Assembly: GCA_963822035.1 (NCBI GenBank)
Contig: CAWGGC010000006.1
Span: forward strand, 360,478-424,477
Length of the DNA stretch: 64,000 nucleotides
Source of the DNA: an uncultured Alphaproteobacteria bacterium
Lineage (GTDB): Bacteria; Pseudomonadota; Alphaproteobacteria; Rhizobiales; Xanthobacteraceae
Direction: 5' to 3'
Shown here: positions 43,736 to 54,718 of the stretch, in pieces
Layout of the letters: every line of letters starts with the position of its first letter
Position numbering within the stretch: the first letter of the stretch is position 1
Program-made: the position numbers and the translations under genes
The notes under the pieces: model-generated
Seen by the model: only the letters and a program-made list of their open reading frames with translations
Database searches by the model: none
Told to the model about the DNA's origin: nothing

Positions 43736-44955
43736 TAAAGCGCCTCACCCCTGAGCAATTTCGGCACGTCGCCGGTGAAGCCGGCCGCCTCGCGGATGAA
43801 GACGCGCTTGAGCGCCGGCACGCGCTCGACCAGACCGAGGCCGATGTCGCGAAACAGCCGCAGCGCGTCGGAGCGGTTGGAGAACAGCCGGTTCAGCCCG
43901 TCGGTCGCCACGCTCATCGTCATGGTGTCGAAGCGGCGCCAGCGCTGATAGCGCTCGAGCACATCGGGGCTGCCGACGTCGAGGCCGAGACGCGCCGCGT
44001 CGGCGACCGCTTCGGCCAGCGCCGCAACGTCGCGCAACCCCATGTTCAGCCCCTGCCCGGCGATCGGATGAATGATATGCGCGGCATCGCCGACCAGCGC
44101 GATGCGCTCGGCGATGAACGAGCGCGCGGTGAACAGCCCGAGCGGAAAGGCAAGGCGCGGCCCCACCACCTCGATGTCGCCGAGCGCGAGGCCGAAGCGC
44201 TTCTCCAGCTCGTCGTGGAATTCGGTGTCCGGCAATGCGACGATGCGCTCGGCCTCGCGCTTGCCTTCGGTCCACACGATCGAGCAGCGCTTTCCGGTGA
44301 GCGGCAGGATGGCGAACGGCCCCGCGGGCAGGAAATGCTCCTCGGCGCGCCCCTGATGCTCGCGCTCATGCGCGACCGTGGTGACGATCGCCGCCTGGTC
44401 GTAATCCCAGCCGTGCGTGGCGATGCCGGCCTGCTCGCGGATCTTCGAGCGCGCGCCGTCGGCGCCGACCAGCAGCCGCGCCGCAATCGTGTCGCCGTCC
44501 CCGAGTTCGACATCGATGGCGCGCGGCGCATGCGCGAAGCCTTTGACCGCGGTCGGCCGCAGTTCGACGCCGATCTCTTTCGCCTTCGTCACCAGCGCAT
44601 CGACGAGATGCCGGTTCTCGATCATGTGGGCGAAGGGCTCGCCCTCCTCGACCTCGCCGCCGAAGGTGAGCAAGCTCGGCCGCACCGCATCGTCGAGCTT
44701 GGAATCCGTCACCACCATGTCGAGGATCGGCTGCGCCTCCGCCTCGACCGCCTCCCAGACCTCGATCGCCTCGAACAGCCGCCGCGCCGCCGCGGCGATG
44801 GCCGAGGCGCGCAGATCGTTGGATTTGGCGTGCGCCAGCGCCGGGTCGGCGACCGTCACCGCAAAGCCGGTCCCGAGCGCCTGCCGCAGCGCGATGCCGA
44901 GCGCCAGCCCGGCAAAGCCGGCGCCGGCGATCATCACGTGGCGCTTTTCCGTCAT
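43735..44955 (-). CDS. FAD-dependent ubiquinone-biosynthesis hydroxylase (UbiH/UbiL family)
   Basis: IAGAGFAG, VGADGARS, GDAAHIIHPIAGQGLNMG, YQRWRRFD. Confidence 0.9.
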   Translation of the reverse strand: MTEKRHVMIAGAGFAGLALGIALRQALGTGFAVTVADPALAHAKSNDLRASAIAAAARRLFEAIEVWEAVEAEAQPILDMVVTDSKLDDAVRPSLLTFGGEVEEGEPFAHMIENRHLVDALVTKAKEIGVELRPTAVKGFAHAPRAIDVELGDGDTIAARLLVGADGARSKIREQAGIATHGWDYDQAAIVTTVAHEREHQGRAEEHFLPAGPFAILPLTGKRCSIVWTEGKREAERIVALPDTEFHDELEKRFGLALGDIEVVGPRLAFPLGLFTARSFIAERIALVGDAAHIIHPIAGQGLNMGLRDVAALAEAVADAARLGLDVGSPDVLERYQRWRRFDTMTMSVATDGLNRLFSNRSDALRLFRDIGLGLVERVPALKRVFIREAAGFTGDVPKLLRGEAL

Positions 44956-45012
44956 TCGTGTTTTCCCTCTCGCAACAGTTTAGCATTGTTAGGCAGGCGC
45001 AAGCGTCTCAGT

Positions 45013-45120
45013 TCCCTCCCCCTGCAAGGGGGAGGGTCAGGGTGGGGGTCATTTCCGATTGAATTGACCCCCACCCGACGCCTTCGGCGTCGACCTCCCC
45101 CTTGCAGGGGGAGGTAAAGA
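45013..45120. repeat. Family A repeat between divergent ubi gene and tesB
   Basis: 45091-45120 is the exact reverse complement of 59851-59880 inside yggS. Confidence 0.9.
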
Positions 45121-45139
45121 GAAGGCAAGACTGCTCGCC

Positions 45140-46063
45140 ATGGCCTCCGCCGTCGCAGATCTTCTCGCCATCCTCGATCTCGAAGAGCTCGACGTGAACC
45201 TGTTCCGCGGCCGTTCGCCGCAGGCCGGCTGGCAGCGCGTCTATGGCGGGCAGGTGATCGGCCAGGCGCTGGTCGCCGCCGTGCGCACGGTCGAAGATCG
45301 CGCGCCGCATTCGATGCACGCCTATTTCCTGCTGCCGGGCGATCCCAAGGTGCCGATCATCTACGACGTCGACCGCATGCGCGACGGCAAAAGCTTCACC
45401 ACCCGGCGCGTCACCGCGCGCCAGCACGGCCACCCGATCTTCTCCATGCTGGTGTCGTTCCACAACGATGAGCCCGGCCTCGATCACCAGATGCCGATGC
45501 CGAAGGTGCCGCCGCCGGAATCGCTGCCGAACGAAGCGGAAATGCGCGAGAAGATGTTGCCGACTATGCCCGATCCGGTGCGGCGCTATTACGAGCGCGA
45601 GCGGCCAATCGAATTGCGCCCGGTCGAGTTCGACCGCTACGGCGGCAGGAAATATCCCGACACGCGCTTCCACGTCTGGATCCGCGCCACCGGCAAATTG
45701 CCCGACGATCTGGCCATCCATCAGTGCGTGCTCGCCTACGCTTCCGACATGACGCTGCTCGACGCCGCGCTCGGGCCGCACGGCCGTACGCTGTTCGAGA
45801 AGGAGTTCATGGCGGCGAGCCTCGATCACGCGCTGTGGCTGCACCGGCCGTTCCGCGCCGACGACTGGCTGCTCTACGCGCAGGATTCGCCCAACCTGCA
45901 CGGCTCGCGTGGCTTTTCCCGCGGCCTGATCTTCACCCGCGATGGGACTCTGGTGGCGTCGGTCGCCCAGGAAGGCCTGGTTCGCGTGCGCCGCAGCGAG
46001 CGCCGAGGCGCCTCGGGCGCGTCGGACAGCGATTACTGTGGGCGCAGCAATAAACCAGCTTAA
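45140..46063 (+). CDS. tesB: Acyl-CoA thioesterase II (true stop may lie near 46000)
   Basis: VYGGQVIGQAL, HSMHAYFL, RDGKSFTTR, AYASD, ASLDH, SVAQEGL. Confidence 0.93.
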   Translation: MASAVADLLAILDLEELDVNLFRGRSPQAGWQRVYGGQVIGQALVAAVRTVEDRAPHSMHAYFLLPGDPKVPIIYDVDRMRDGKSFTTRRVTARQHGHPIFSMLVSFHNDEPGLDHQMPMPKVPPPESLPNEAEMREKMLPTMPDPVRRYYERERPIELRPVEFDRYGGRKYPDTRFHVWIRATGKLPDDLAIHQCVLAYASDMTLLDAALGPHGRTLFEKEFMAASLDHALWLHRPFRADDWLLYAQDSPNLHGSRGFSRGLIFTRDGTLVASVAQEGLVRVRRSERRGASGASDSDYCGRSNKPA

Positions 46064-46073
46064 TTTTTAGGCG
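46057..46073. promoter_or_regulatory. Possible NtrC-type site upstream of glnK1
   Basis: AGCTTAATTTTTAGGCG: GC-N11-GC with an AT-rich core, similar to the glnK2 sites. Confidence 0.4.
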
Positions 46074-46139
46074 ACCTGGCTATAGCGTGAGCAGCACCTG
46101 TGTGGTGGCGCGCCCCCCGCAGGATGCCGGGGAGACGCC

Positions 46140-46478
46140 ATGAAGCTGATCATAGCCATTATCAAGCCTTTCAAGCTCGACGAGGTCCGCGAAGCGCTGA
46201 CGCGGATCGGCGTCCACGGCATGACCGTGACCGAAGTGAAGGGCTATGGCCGGCAAAAGGGCCACATGGAAATCTATCGCGGCGCCGAATATGCGGTGAA
46301 CTTCCTGCCCAAGCTGCGTCTCGAAGTCGCCGTCACCGCCGAGCAGGCCGACCGGGCGGTCGAGGCGGTCGCCGCCGCCGCCAAGACCGGCCAGATCGGC
46401 GACGGCAAGATCTTCGTTACGCCGCTCGATGCCGCGGTGCGCATCCGCACCGGCGAAACCGACGTCGCCGCGCTCTGA
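46140..46478 (+). CDS. glnK: PII nitrogen regulator GlnK (copy 1)
   Basis: 112 aa; [17 protein letters not shown]; [10 protein letters not shown]; directly upstream of amtB. Confidence 0.95.
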   Translation: MKLIIAIIKPFKLDEVREALTRIGVHGMTVTEVKGYGRQKGHMEIYRGAEYAVNFLPKLRLEVAVTAEQADRAVEAVAAAAKTGQIGDGKIFVTPLDAAVRIRTGETDVAAL

Positions 46479-46500
46479 ACGCGACCGCCCGGGGAACCCT

Positions 46501-47814
46501 ATGAAACGCGCGCAACGCATAGCCGCGGCGGCCACGGCCGCCCTTTTGTCCGGTGCAACGCCGGCCTTGGCGCAGCCGACCTCGATCGATCGCGCCGACA
46601 CCGCATGGATGATGGCCGCGACCGGCCTGGTGCTGATGATGTCGATTCCGGGCCTCGCGTTGTTCTACGCCGGCATGGTGCGCAAGAAGAACGTGCTCGC
46701 CACCATGGCGCAGACGCTCGCCGCCACCGTGGTGGTCTCGATCCTCTGGATGATCGCCGGCTACAGCCTCGCCTTCGCCGGCGGCGGCGCCTTCATCGGC
46801 ACGCTCGACAGAGTCTTTCTGAACGGCATGACGCTGAATTCGGTTTCGCCGCTGGCGAAAACGATTCCGGAAAGCCTGTTCATGATCTACCAGATGACCT
46901 TCGCCATCATCACGGTCGCGCTGGTCGCGGGCTCCGTCGCCGACCGCCTGCGCTTTTCCGCCTTTCTCTTGTTCTGCGTGCTCTGGCTGTTCATCGTTTA
47001 CGTGCCGATCGCGCATTGGGTCTGGGGCGGCGGCTTCCTCGCCGCGGCCGGCACGCTCGATTTCGCCGGCGGTACCGTGGTTCATCTCAACGCCGGCCTT
47101 GCCGGCCTGGTCGCGGCCTATGTCGTCGGCGCGCGCCACGGCTACGGCAGCGAAAATCTCGCGCCTTACGATCTCACCCTCGCCATCATCGGCACCGGGC
47201 TACTGTGGGTCGGCTGGTTCGGTTTCAACGGCGGCTCCGCGCTCGGCGCCAACGGCCGCGCGGTGATGGCGATCGTGTCGACGCATCTCGCCGCCAGCGC
47301 CGGCGCCGCCACCTGGATGACGCTCGAATGGTGGACGCGCGGCAAGCCTTCGGTGCTCGGCATGGTGTCCGGCGCGGTCGCCGGTCTCGGTACCATCACG
47401 CCAGCATCGGGATTCGTCATGCCGGTGCAGGCTTGCATCATCGGCGTGATCGCCGGTGCGGTCTGCTTCTGGGCGTGCACCTGGCTGAAGTTGCGGCTCG
47501 GCTACGACGACACCCTCGATGTATTCGGCGTGCACGGCATCGGCGGCCTGACCGGAACGATGCTCACGGGCGTTTTCGCAGTGTCGGCCGTGTCGGTCAG
47601 TCCGGAAGTTCCCAACGGCATCGGCGGACTGCTCGAAGGCAACCCGGAGCTGCTGTTGTCCCAGTTCTACGGCGTCCTCGTGGTTGGCCTTTGGACCGGC
47701 ATCGGCACCTTCGTCATTCTGAAGCTGGTCGGCGCCGTGGTGCCGCTGCGGGTGAAGAAAGAGGACGAGGTGATCGGCCTCGATGTCAGTCAGCACGGCG
47801 AGGCACTGCAGTAA
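46501..47814 (+). CDS. amtB: Ammonium transporter (copy 1)
   Basis: DTAWM, FYAGMVRKKN, DFAGGTVVH, WVGWFGFNGGS, DVFGVHG. Confidence 0.95.
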   Translation: MKRAQRIAAAATAALLSGATPALAQPTSIDRADTAWMMAATGLVLMMSIPGLALFYAGMVRKKNVLATMAQTLAATVVVSILWMIAGYSLAFAGGGAFIGTLDRVFLNGMTLNSVSPLAKTIPESLFMIYQMTFAIITVALVAGSVADRLRFSAFLLFCVLWLFIVYVPIAHWVWGGGFLAAAGTLDFAGGTVVHLNAGLAGLVAAYVVGARHGYGSENLAPYDLTLAIIGTGLLWVGWFGFNGGSALGANGRAVMAIVSTHLAASAGAATWMTLEWWTRGKPSVLGMVSGAVAGLGTITPASGFVMPVQACIIGVIAGAVCFWACTWLKLRLGYDDTLDVFGVHGIGGLTGTMLTGVFAVSAVSVSPEVPNGIGGLLEGNPELLLSQFYGVLVVGLWTGIGTFVILKLVGAVVPLRVKKEDEVIGLDVSQHGEALQ

Positions 47815-47858
47815 TCCGGTAGCAACCGGGTACCACTCTGCCCCGCGCGCCGCGCATA

Positions 47859-47909
47859 TGGCTAAATTTTGAGCATGGCCGCGCCGCCTTGATGCCTAAG
47901 TGGGCGGCA
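47859..47909. promoter_or_regulatory. Tandem NtrC-like enhancer sites
   Basis: TGGCTAAATTTTGAGCA (47859-47875) and TGCCTAAGTGGGCGGCA (47893-47909), starts 34 bp apart, upstream of the sigma54 motif. Confidence 0.6.
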
Positions 47910-47990
47910 GCGGCCGATATGCCGCCTCCGCGGCCCAGCCGCGCCGAATATCCTCAATCAGATCATGGTGTTAGGTGCGATTTCAGCAAC

Positions 47991-48006
47991 TGGCACGTTG
48001 TTTGAT
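47991..48006 (+). promoter_or_regulatory. Sigma54 (-24/-12) promoter of glnK2-amtB2
   Basis: TGGCAC-GTTGT-TTGAT versus consensus TGGCAC-N5-TTGCW (GA instead of GC at -12). Confidence 0.68.
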
Positions 48007-48076
48007 TCTATCCCCTCTGCGATGGCCCGGGGGCTTCTCTGCGGTCGTTGTTCAGTGACCTGCCCGCACTGCGTGA

Positions 48077-48451
<375 letters not shown>

Positions 48452-48488
48452 TGACCCGCAGCCAAACAATTCGGACAGGAGTAAAACC

Positions 48489-49947
48489 ATGACGTTGAAG
48501 AAACACTCCCGTGCGGGGCTCGTGGCTCTCGCTTTCGGGATACTGCTCGCGCTTGTCGTAAGCGTGGGCTTCAATTCGAGCTCGTACGCGCAGACGCCGG
48601 CACCCGGCGCCGCGCCTGCGCCGGCCGCCACTCCGGCGGCGCCACCGCCGCCGCCGCAGGCCTGCGCCAACGATCCCGACCCGAAGAAGGCCGTGCTCGA
48701 GAAGTGCACACCGAACTCGGGTGACACCGCGTGGATGCTCACCTCGGTCGCTCTCGTGCTCATGATGACCGTGCCGGGCCTCGGCCTGTTCTACGGCGGC
48801 ATGGTGCGCAAGAAGAACGTTGGCGACACGGTGATGACGAGCTTCGCCGTCACCTGCCTGGTCACCATCGTTTATGCGATCCTCACCTACAGCCTCTCGT
48901 TCACGACCGGATCGCCTTATATCGGCGGCCTGAGTCGCGTTTTCCTGCAAGGCATCCTGAGCGACATCATCGACGGGCATCGGCACGCCAAACGGCTTGG
49001 CCGTGACGATTCCTGAAACCGTCTACATGTGCTTCCAGATGACCTTCGCCATCATCACACCGGCGCTGATCGCCGGCGCCTTCGCCGAGCGCATGAAATT
49101 CTCGGCGATGCTGTGGTTCATCGGCCTGTGGGCAATCCTGGTCTATGCGCCGATCGCGCACTGGGTCTGGGGCGCCGACGGCTTCATGTCGAACGGCAAC
49201 AGCGACGCCGCTTTCAAGGTTCTCGACTTCGCCGGCGGCACCGTCGTGCATATCAACGCTGGCGTCGCCGGCCTGATGTGCGCGATCGTCCTCGGCAAGC
49301 GCAAGGACAGTGGACCGGCGCATAACATGGTGCTCACCTTCATCGGCGCCTCGCTGCTGTGGGTCGGCTGGTTCGGCTTCAACGCCGGCTCCGCCGTCAC
49401 CGCCGGCATGCAGGCGGGCATGGCGATGACCGTGACCCAGATCGCCACGGCAGTCGCGGCCTTCACCTGGATGCTCGTTGAATGGGCGCACCGCAGCAAG
49501 CCGACCGTGATCGGCATCTGCTCGGGCGCGGTCGCTGGCCTCGTCGCCATCACTCCGGCCTCGGGCTATGTCGGCCCGGTCGGCTCGATGGTGATCGGCG
49601 TCGCCGCCGGCGTGGTCTGCTACTGGGGCGTCACCGGCCTCAAGCACATGCACGGCATCGACGACGCGCTGGACTGCTTCGGTGTCCACGCGGTCGGCGG
49701 CATCGTTGGCGCGCTGCTCACCGGCGTGTTCGCCATCGCCGAATACGGCGGCACCGCGGGCCTGATCGAAGGCAACGCGGCGCAGATGATCAACCAGGTC
49801 AAGGGCATCGTCATCGTCATCGTCTATGACGCCGTCGTCTCCCTGATCCTGCTGAAGATCATCGACGCCATCATCGGCCTGCGCGTCACCGACGAGGTGG
49901 AACGCGAAGGTCTCGATATCGCGCTGCACGGCGAGGCCGTTCAGTAA
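48489..49947 (+). CDS. amtB: Ammonium transporter (copy 2); frameshift near 48975
   Basis: AGGAG RBS; signal peptide; GDTAWM, FYGGMVRKKN, DFAGGTVVH, DCFGVHA, EREGLD.ALHGE. Confidence 0.93.
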
Positions 49948-49953
49948 TCGCGG

Positions 49954-49998
49954 GCGTGATCCCGAAAAGTGGATACCGGCTTTCGAGTAAGATCACGC
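49954..49998. repeat. Family E repeat, second copy
   Basis: gcgtgatcccgaaaagtggataccggctttcgagtaagatcacgc; compensatory A-T to G-C change relative to the 2379 copy. Confidence 0.83.
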
Positions 49999-50054
49999 AC
50001 CATGAAGTGACAAGCTAGCGGTAGGGGCGGAAACCCGGCACTGTCCCTTCCGTT

Positions 50055-50094
50055 GAGGCCCCGGTCCTGAGAGGGACCGGGGCCTCTCTTTTTT
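50055..50094 (+). terminator. Rho-independent terminator after amtB2
   Basis: 13-bp stem gaggccccggtcc/ggaccggggcctc followed by tctttttt. Confidence 0.85.
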
Positions 50095-50130
50095 GCCCCT
50101 GCCCTCCGGGGGCAGGCGGCCGGCCGATGG

Positions 50131-50146
50131 TTAATCGGGTCTTAAC
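50131..50146 (+). promoter_or_regulatory. CtrA binding site upstream of ftsK
   Basis: Perfect TTAA-TCGGGTC-TTAAC (TTAA-N7-TTAAC). Confidence 0.75.
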
Positions 50147-50216
50147 CTCGGCGTTCCTATTGTGCGCAAGCCAGCTATCGCGGGCCGGCACCCGCGCAGG
50201 CTTTTACGCGACCTAT

Positions 50217-52663
50217 ATGCCCGCTATCGACCGCAGCCTCGACGTCGTCGCCTTCATCTCCGAGCACTTCCGCGACATCGTGCGCCGGCGGCTGAGCGAG
50301 CTCGCCGGTCTCGCACTTATTATTCTGGCGCTGCTCGGCGCCATCGCGCTCGCCACCTGGTCGGTGCAGGACCCGTCGCTCAGCCACGCCACGCAAACGC
50401 CGGTGCGCAACCTGCTCGGCTTCCCCGGCGCCATCTTCTCCGATCTGGCGATGCAGCTCTTGGGCCTCGCCAGCGTGCTGTTGCTGCTGCCGGAGGCGCT
50501 GCTCGGCTGGCGGCTGCTGGCGCACCGGCCGCTCGGCGACAAATGGAAGAGCCTGATCTGGATCCTCGCCACGCTGCTCGCCGCCGCCTTCGTCTCGACA
50601 CTGCCGCGCATCGGCTCCTGGCCGCTGCCGACCGGCCTCGGCGGCGTCATCGGCGATGCCGTGCTGCGCGTGCCGGCTCTGGTGACGCGCGCGCCGCTCT
50701 CCGGCGTCAGCCTCATCGTCACCGCGGCGCTGCTCGCGGTTGCGACCTTCGCGTCGATCGCCGTTGCCGCTGGGCTTGCCTGGCCTGGCGCGGCGGACGC
50801 CAACGACGGTGAAGACGACGAGATCGAAGAAGGTGACGACGAAGAAGACGCCGATCGCGCGTCCGCTTGGCGCGGCTTCATCGTCCACGCGCTGTTGAGC
50901 TTCAAGGCGCGGCTCATGCTGATGTTCCGCCGCAAACCGCGGCAGCCTCGCCCTGCCGCGCGCACCGCGTTGCCCGGCGGCCGTTTCGAGCCGCGCTTCG
51001 ACGGCGCGCCGCGCGTGCAAGCGCCATCGCTCGATTATGACGGCGAGGACGCCGAAGCCGAAATCGACGAACAGGAAACGCCGCAGGCGGCGCCCCGCCG
51101 CAGGCCTGCGCCGCGCGCGCGCCGCGCAGCGGCGGCTACGAGCTGCCCTCGCTCAATCTGCTGACGGCGGCGCGGTCTTCCGAACGCACCACGCTGTCGA
51201 AGGACGTCATCGACGCCAACGCCGTGGCGCTGGAAAGCGTGCTCGCGGATTTCGGCGTGCGCGGCGAGATCATCAATGCGCGGCCCGGCCCGGTGGTCAC
51301 GCTCTACGAACTTGAACCCGCGCCCGGCATCAAGTCGTCGCGCGTCATCGGCCTTGCCGACGACATCGCCCGCTCGATGAGCGCGGTGTCGGCGCGCGTC
51401 GCCGTCGTCTCCGGCCGCAACGCCATCGGCATCGAGCTGCCCAATCCGACCCGCGAAAAGGTCTATTTGCGCGAGCTGCTCTCCGGCAACGACTACAACG
51501 GCAGTGCCGCCAAGCTGCCGCTCTGTCTCGGTAAGACCATCGGCGGCGAAAGCGTCATCGTCGATCTCGCGCGCATGCCGCACCTGCTGATCGCCGGCAC
51601 CACCGGCTCGGGCAAATCGGTCGCCATCAACACCATGATCCTGTCGCTGGTCTATCGGCTCACTCCCGACCAATGCCGGCTGATCATGGTCGATCCCAAG
51701 ATGCTCGAGCTCTCCGTCTATGACGGCATCCCGCACCTGCTGACCCCCGTCGTCACCGATCCGAAGAAGGCGGTGGTCGCGCTGAAATGGGCGGTGCGCG
51801 AGATGGAGGAACGCTACAAAAAGATGTCGAAGCTCGGCGTGCGCAACATCGACGGCTACAACGCCCGCGTCGCCGAGGCCAAGGCGAAGGGCGAGCGCCT
51901 CACCCGCACCGTGCACACCGGCTACGACAAGGAGACCGGCGAGGCGATCTACGAGAAGGAGGAGCTCGAGCTCGAGCCGCTGCCGTTCCTCGTCGTCATC
52001 GTCGACGAGATGGCCGACCTGATGATGGTCGCCGGCAAGGACATCGAAGGCGCGATCCAGCGCCTCGCACAAATGGCGCGCGCCGCCGGCATCCACGTCA
52101 TCCTGGCGACGCAGCGTCCCTCGGTCGACGTCATCACCGGCACCATCAAGGCGAACTTCCCGACCCGCATCTCCTTCCAGGTCACGTCCAAGATCGACAG
52201 CCGCACCATCCTGGGCGAGCAGGGCGCCGAGCAACTGCTCGGCCAGGGCGACATGCTCTACATGGCGGGCGGCGGACGCATCAGCCGCGTGCACGGGCCG
52301 TTCGTGTCCGACGACGAAGTCGAGAAGGTCGTGCGGCATCTGAAGTCGCAAGGCCAGCCGGAATATCTGGAGGAAGTCACCGCCTCCGACGAATTGCAGG
52401 AAGGCGAGGACGGCGCCGTGTTCGATGCGACCGGCATGGGGCTCGCCGAAGGCGGCGACCTCTACGGCCAAGCCGTCGCCATCGTAAAGCGCGACCGCAA
52501 GGCCTCGACCTCCTACATCCAGCGCCGCCTGCAGATCGGCTACAACCGCGCCGCCACCATCATGGAGCGCATGGAGCAGGAAGGCATCGTCGGCCAGCCC
52601 AATCACGCCGGCAAGCGCGAGATCCTGATCCCGGAAAATCCGGCCGACGACCGCTTCGGTTAG
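50217..52663 (+). CDS. ftsK: DNA translocase FtsK; frameshift near 51130
   Basis: N-terminal TM domain; [14 protein letters not shown]; IVDEMADLM; ATQRPSVD; gamma domain [12 protein letters not shown]. Confidence 0.95.
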
Positions 52664-52814
52664 TTGTCGTGGCCGGGCAACCGGCGACGCCAGATATCTA
52701 ATTCAAGTGCCAAATTAGTCCCGATCCACGGCGAATCAGCGCATGATCGCGTCGCGAAATAGCCACAGCCGGCGCTTAAGTCCGCGGAACGGGGCGCGAA
52801 GGGCGGAGACCGCA

Positions 52815-53642
52815 ATGGTGGGACGAAACGAGGGCCGTAAGGGCGCAGCCGCGGGCGTTGCGGCCGCGCTTGCCTGCCTCATCGCCGCCCCGGCGTTCGC
52901 CGAAAACGTGCCGCTGCCGACGCCGCGGCCGCTGTTCGAGCGCATGGCGCCGCGCACGACCGGCGCCATCGTGCCGGCCAAGCCGACGATCCCGCCGCAA
53001 GCGCTGCGCGCCCGCGCCCAGGCGACGCAGCAACAGCCGCCGGCGCCGATCACCAATCCCTTCGCCGAGCTGCTCGGCAAGACCAATCCTTCCGGCGCGC
53101 TGACGCCGGACCAGCGCGCCGTCATCGATCGCGTCAACAATTATCTGTCCGGCATCCAGAATTTGACCGGGCGCTTCGTCCAGGTCGGCCCCGACGGCCG
53201 CCGCTCGCAGGGCGACTTCTTCATTGCCAAGCCCGGCCGCATCCGTTTCGAATATGACGACCCCAACCCGACCGAATTGATCGCCGACGGGCAGACCATG
53301 GTGGTGCGCGACCGCCGCCTCGCCACCCAGGACGTCTATCCGCTGTCGCAGACGCCGCTGCGCTTCCTGCTCGCCGAGCATGTCGACCTGATGCGCGACA
53401 CGCATCTGCTCTCGGTCTATGTCGACGACGTCTTCGTCACCGTCGTGGTCGAGGAGAAGAACGGCATCGTCGGCACCAGCCGGCTGATGATCATGTTCAG
53501 CGCCAAGGACATGCAGCTCAAGCAGTGGACGGTGACCGATCCGCAGGGCTACGACACCACCGTCGCGGTGTACGATCTCGACGCCAGCAAGCGTGTCGAC
53601 CCGAGCATGTTCAAGATCGACTACACGAATTATCACAACTAA
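52815..53642 (+). CDS. lolA: Outer-membrane lipoprotein carrier LolA (start approximate)
   Basis: FVQVGPDG, KPGRIRFEY, QTPLRFLL, QWTVTDPQG; ftsK-lolA synteny. Confidence 0.85.
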   Translation: MVGRNEGRKGAAAGVAAALACLIAAPAFAENVPLPTPRPLFERMAPRTTGAIVPAKPTIPPQALRARAQATQQQPPAPITNPFAELLGKTNPSGALTPDQRAVIDRVNNYLSGIQNLTGRFVQVGPDGRRSQGDFFIAKPGRIRFEYDDPNPTELIADGQTMVVRDRRLATQDVYPLSQTPLRFLLAEHVDLMRDTHLLSVYVDDVFVTVVVEEKNGIVGTSRLMIMFSAKDMQLKQWTVTDPQGYDTTVAVYDLDASKRVDPSMFKIDYTNYHN

Positions 53643-53662
53643 CGGTGCGTCATTCTCAGCGC

Positions 53663-53788
53663 CGTCATTGCCGGGCAACCGGGTCCGGCCGAAGGCCGGC
53701 CCGGTCGTAACACTTGACCCGGCAATCCATCTAACGCTTGATTCAACGGCGACGCTTCATGGACCCCCGGGTCAAGCCCGGGGGTGAC
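53663..53788. repeat. Family C repeat with nested module N variant (53677-53713)
   Basis: gtcattgccgggc[aaccgggtccggccgaaggccggcccggtcgtaacac]ttgacccggcaatccat ... cccccgggtcaagcccgggggtgac. Confidence 0.82.
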
Positions 53789-53797
53789 AATTCAGAG

Positions 53798-54616
53798 ATG
53801 CCTCTCAAGGTCACCACCTGGAACATCAACTCGGTGCGGCTGCGCATCAATCTGGTGGCGCGCTTCCTGCGCGGCGCGCAGCCGGACGTGCTGTGCCTGC
53901 AGGAGACCAAATGCCCGGACGACGCCTTCCCGCTCAAGCGCTTCCGCCAGCTCGGCTATGAGCACGCCGCCGTCAACGGCCAGAAGGGCTATCACGGCGT
54001 CGCCGTGCTCTCGCGGCTGCCGTTCGAGGCAACCGAGGTGCAGAGCTTCTGCGGCAAGACCGACTGCCGGCACATCGCCGTCACGCTCGGCGAGCGCGCC
54101 GGCCTAAAGGCGCCGATCACTCTGCACAATTTCTACGTCCCCGCCGGCGGCGACGAACCCGACCCCGAAATCAATCCGAAATTCGCGCACAAGCTGTCGT
54201 TCCTCGACGAGATGCGCGGCCGCTCCGGCTTGCGCCCGGCACGAGAGCAGCGCGCCATCCTGGTCGGCGATCTCAACGTCGCGCCGCTCGAGCACGACGT
54301 CTGGAGCCACAAGCAGATGATCAAGGTGGTGTCGCACACGCCGGTCGAGTGCGAGAAATTGACCGCGGCGCGGCAAGCCGGCGGCTGGATCGACAGCATG
54401 CGCGTGCTGACGCCGGAGCCCGAGAAGCTCTACACCTGGTGGAGCTACCGCGCGATGGACAACTGGAAGGCCGCCGACCGCGGCCGCCGGCTCGACCACG
54501 TCTGGACCTCGGACGCGCTTGCCGATCGCGTCTCTTCAATCGACATCGCCAAAAATTACCGCGGCGCCGCGCGGCCGTCCGACCACGTGCCGGTCACAGC
54601 GACGATTGAACTGTAG
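53798..54616 (+). CDS. xth: Exodeoxyribonuclease III
   Basis: TWNINSVR, LQETK, GDLNVAP, YTWWSYR, RLDH, PSDHVPV. Confidence 0.94.
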   Translation: MPLKVTTWNINSVRLRINLVARFLRGAQPDVLCLQETKCPDDAFPLKRFRQLGYEHAAVNGQKGYHGVAVLSRLPFEATEVQSFCGKTDCRHIAVTLGERAGLKAPITLHNFYVPAGGDEPDPEINPKFAHKLSFLDEMRGRSGLRPAREQRAILVGDLNVAPLEHDVWSHKQMIKVVSHTPVECEKLTAARQAGGWIDSMRVLTPEPEKLYTWWSYRAMDNWKAADRGRRLDHVWTSDALADRVSSIDIAKNYRGAARPSDHVPVTATIEL

Positions 54617-54619
54617 GCG

Positions 54620-54716
54620 GTCATTCCGGGACGGTCCGAAGGACCGGACCCGGAATCCAGATGCAATTGTAATCGTCTCTGGATTCCGGGTTCGCGCTTC
54701 AGCGCGCCCGGATGAC
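54620..54716. repeat. Family B repeat
   Basis: gtcattccggg...cccggaatccag...ctggattccggg...cccggatgac. Confidence 0.85.
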
Positions 54717-54718
54717 AC

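Noticed and set aside
45995-46063. C-terminal extension of TesB
   Set aside because: It runs into the glnK1 promoter region. Loss of one base from a stop near RVRRS (agc-tga read as agcga) is more likely.
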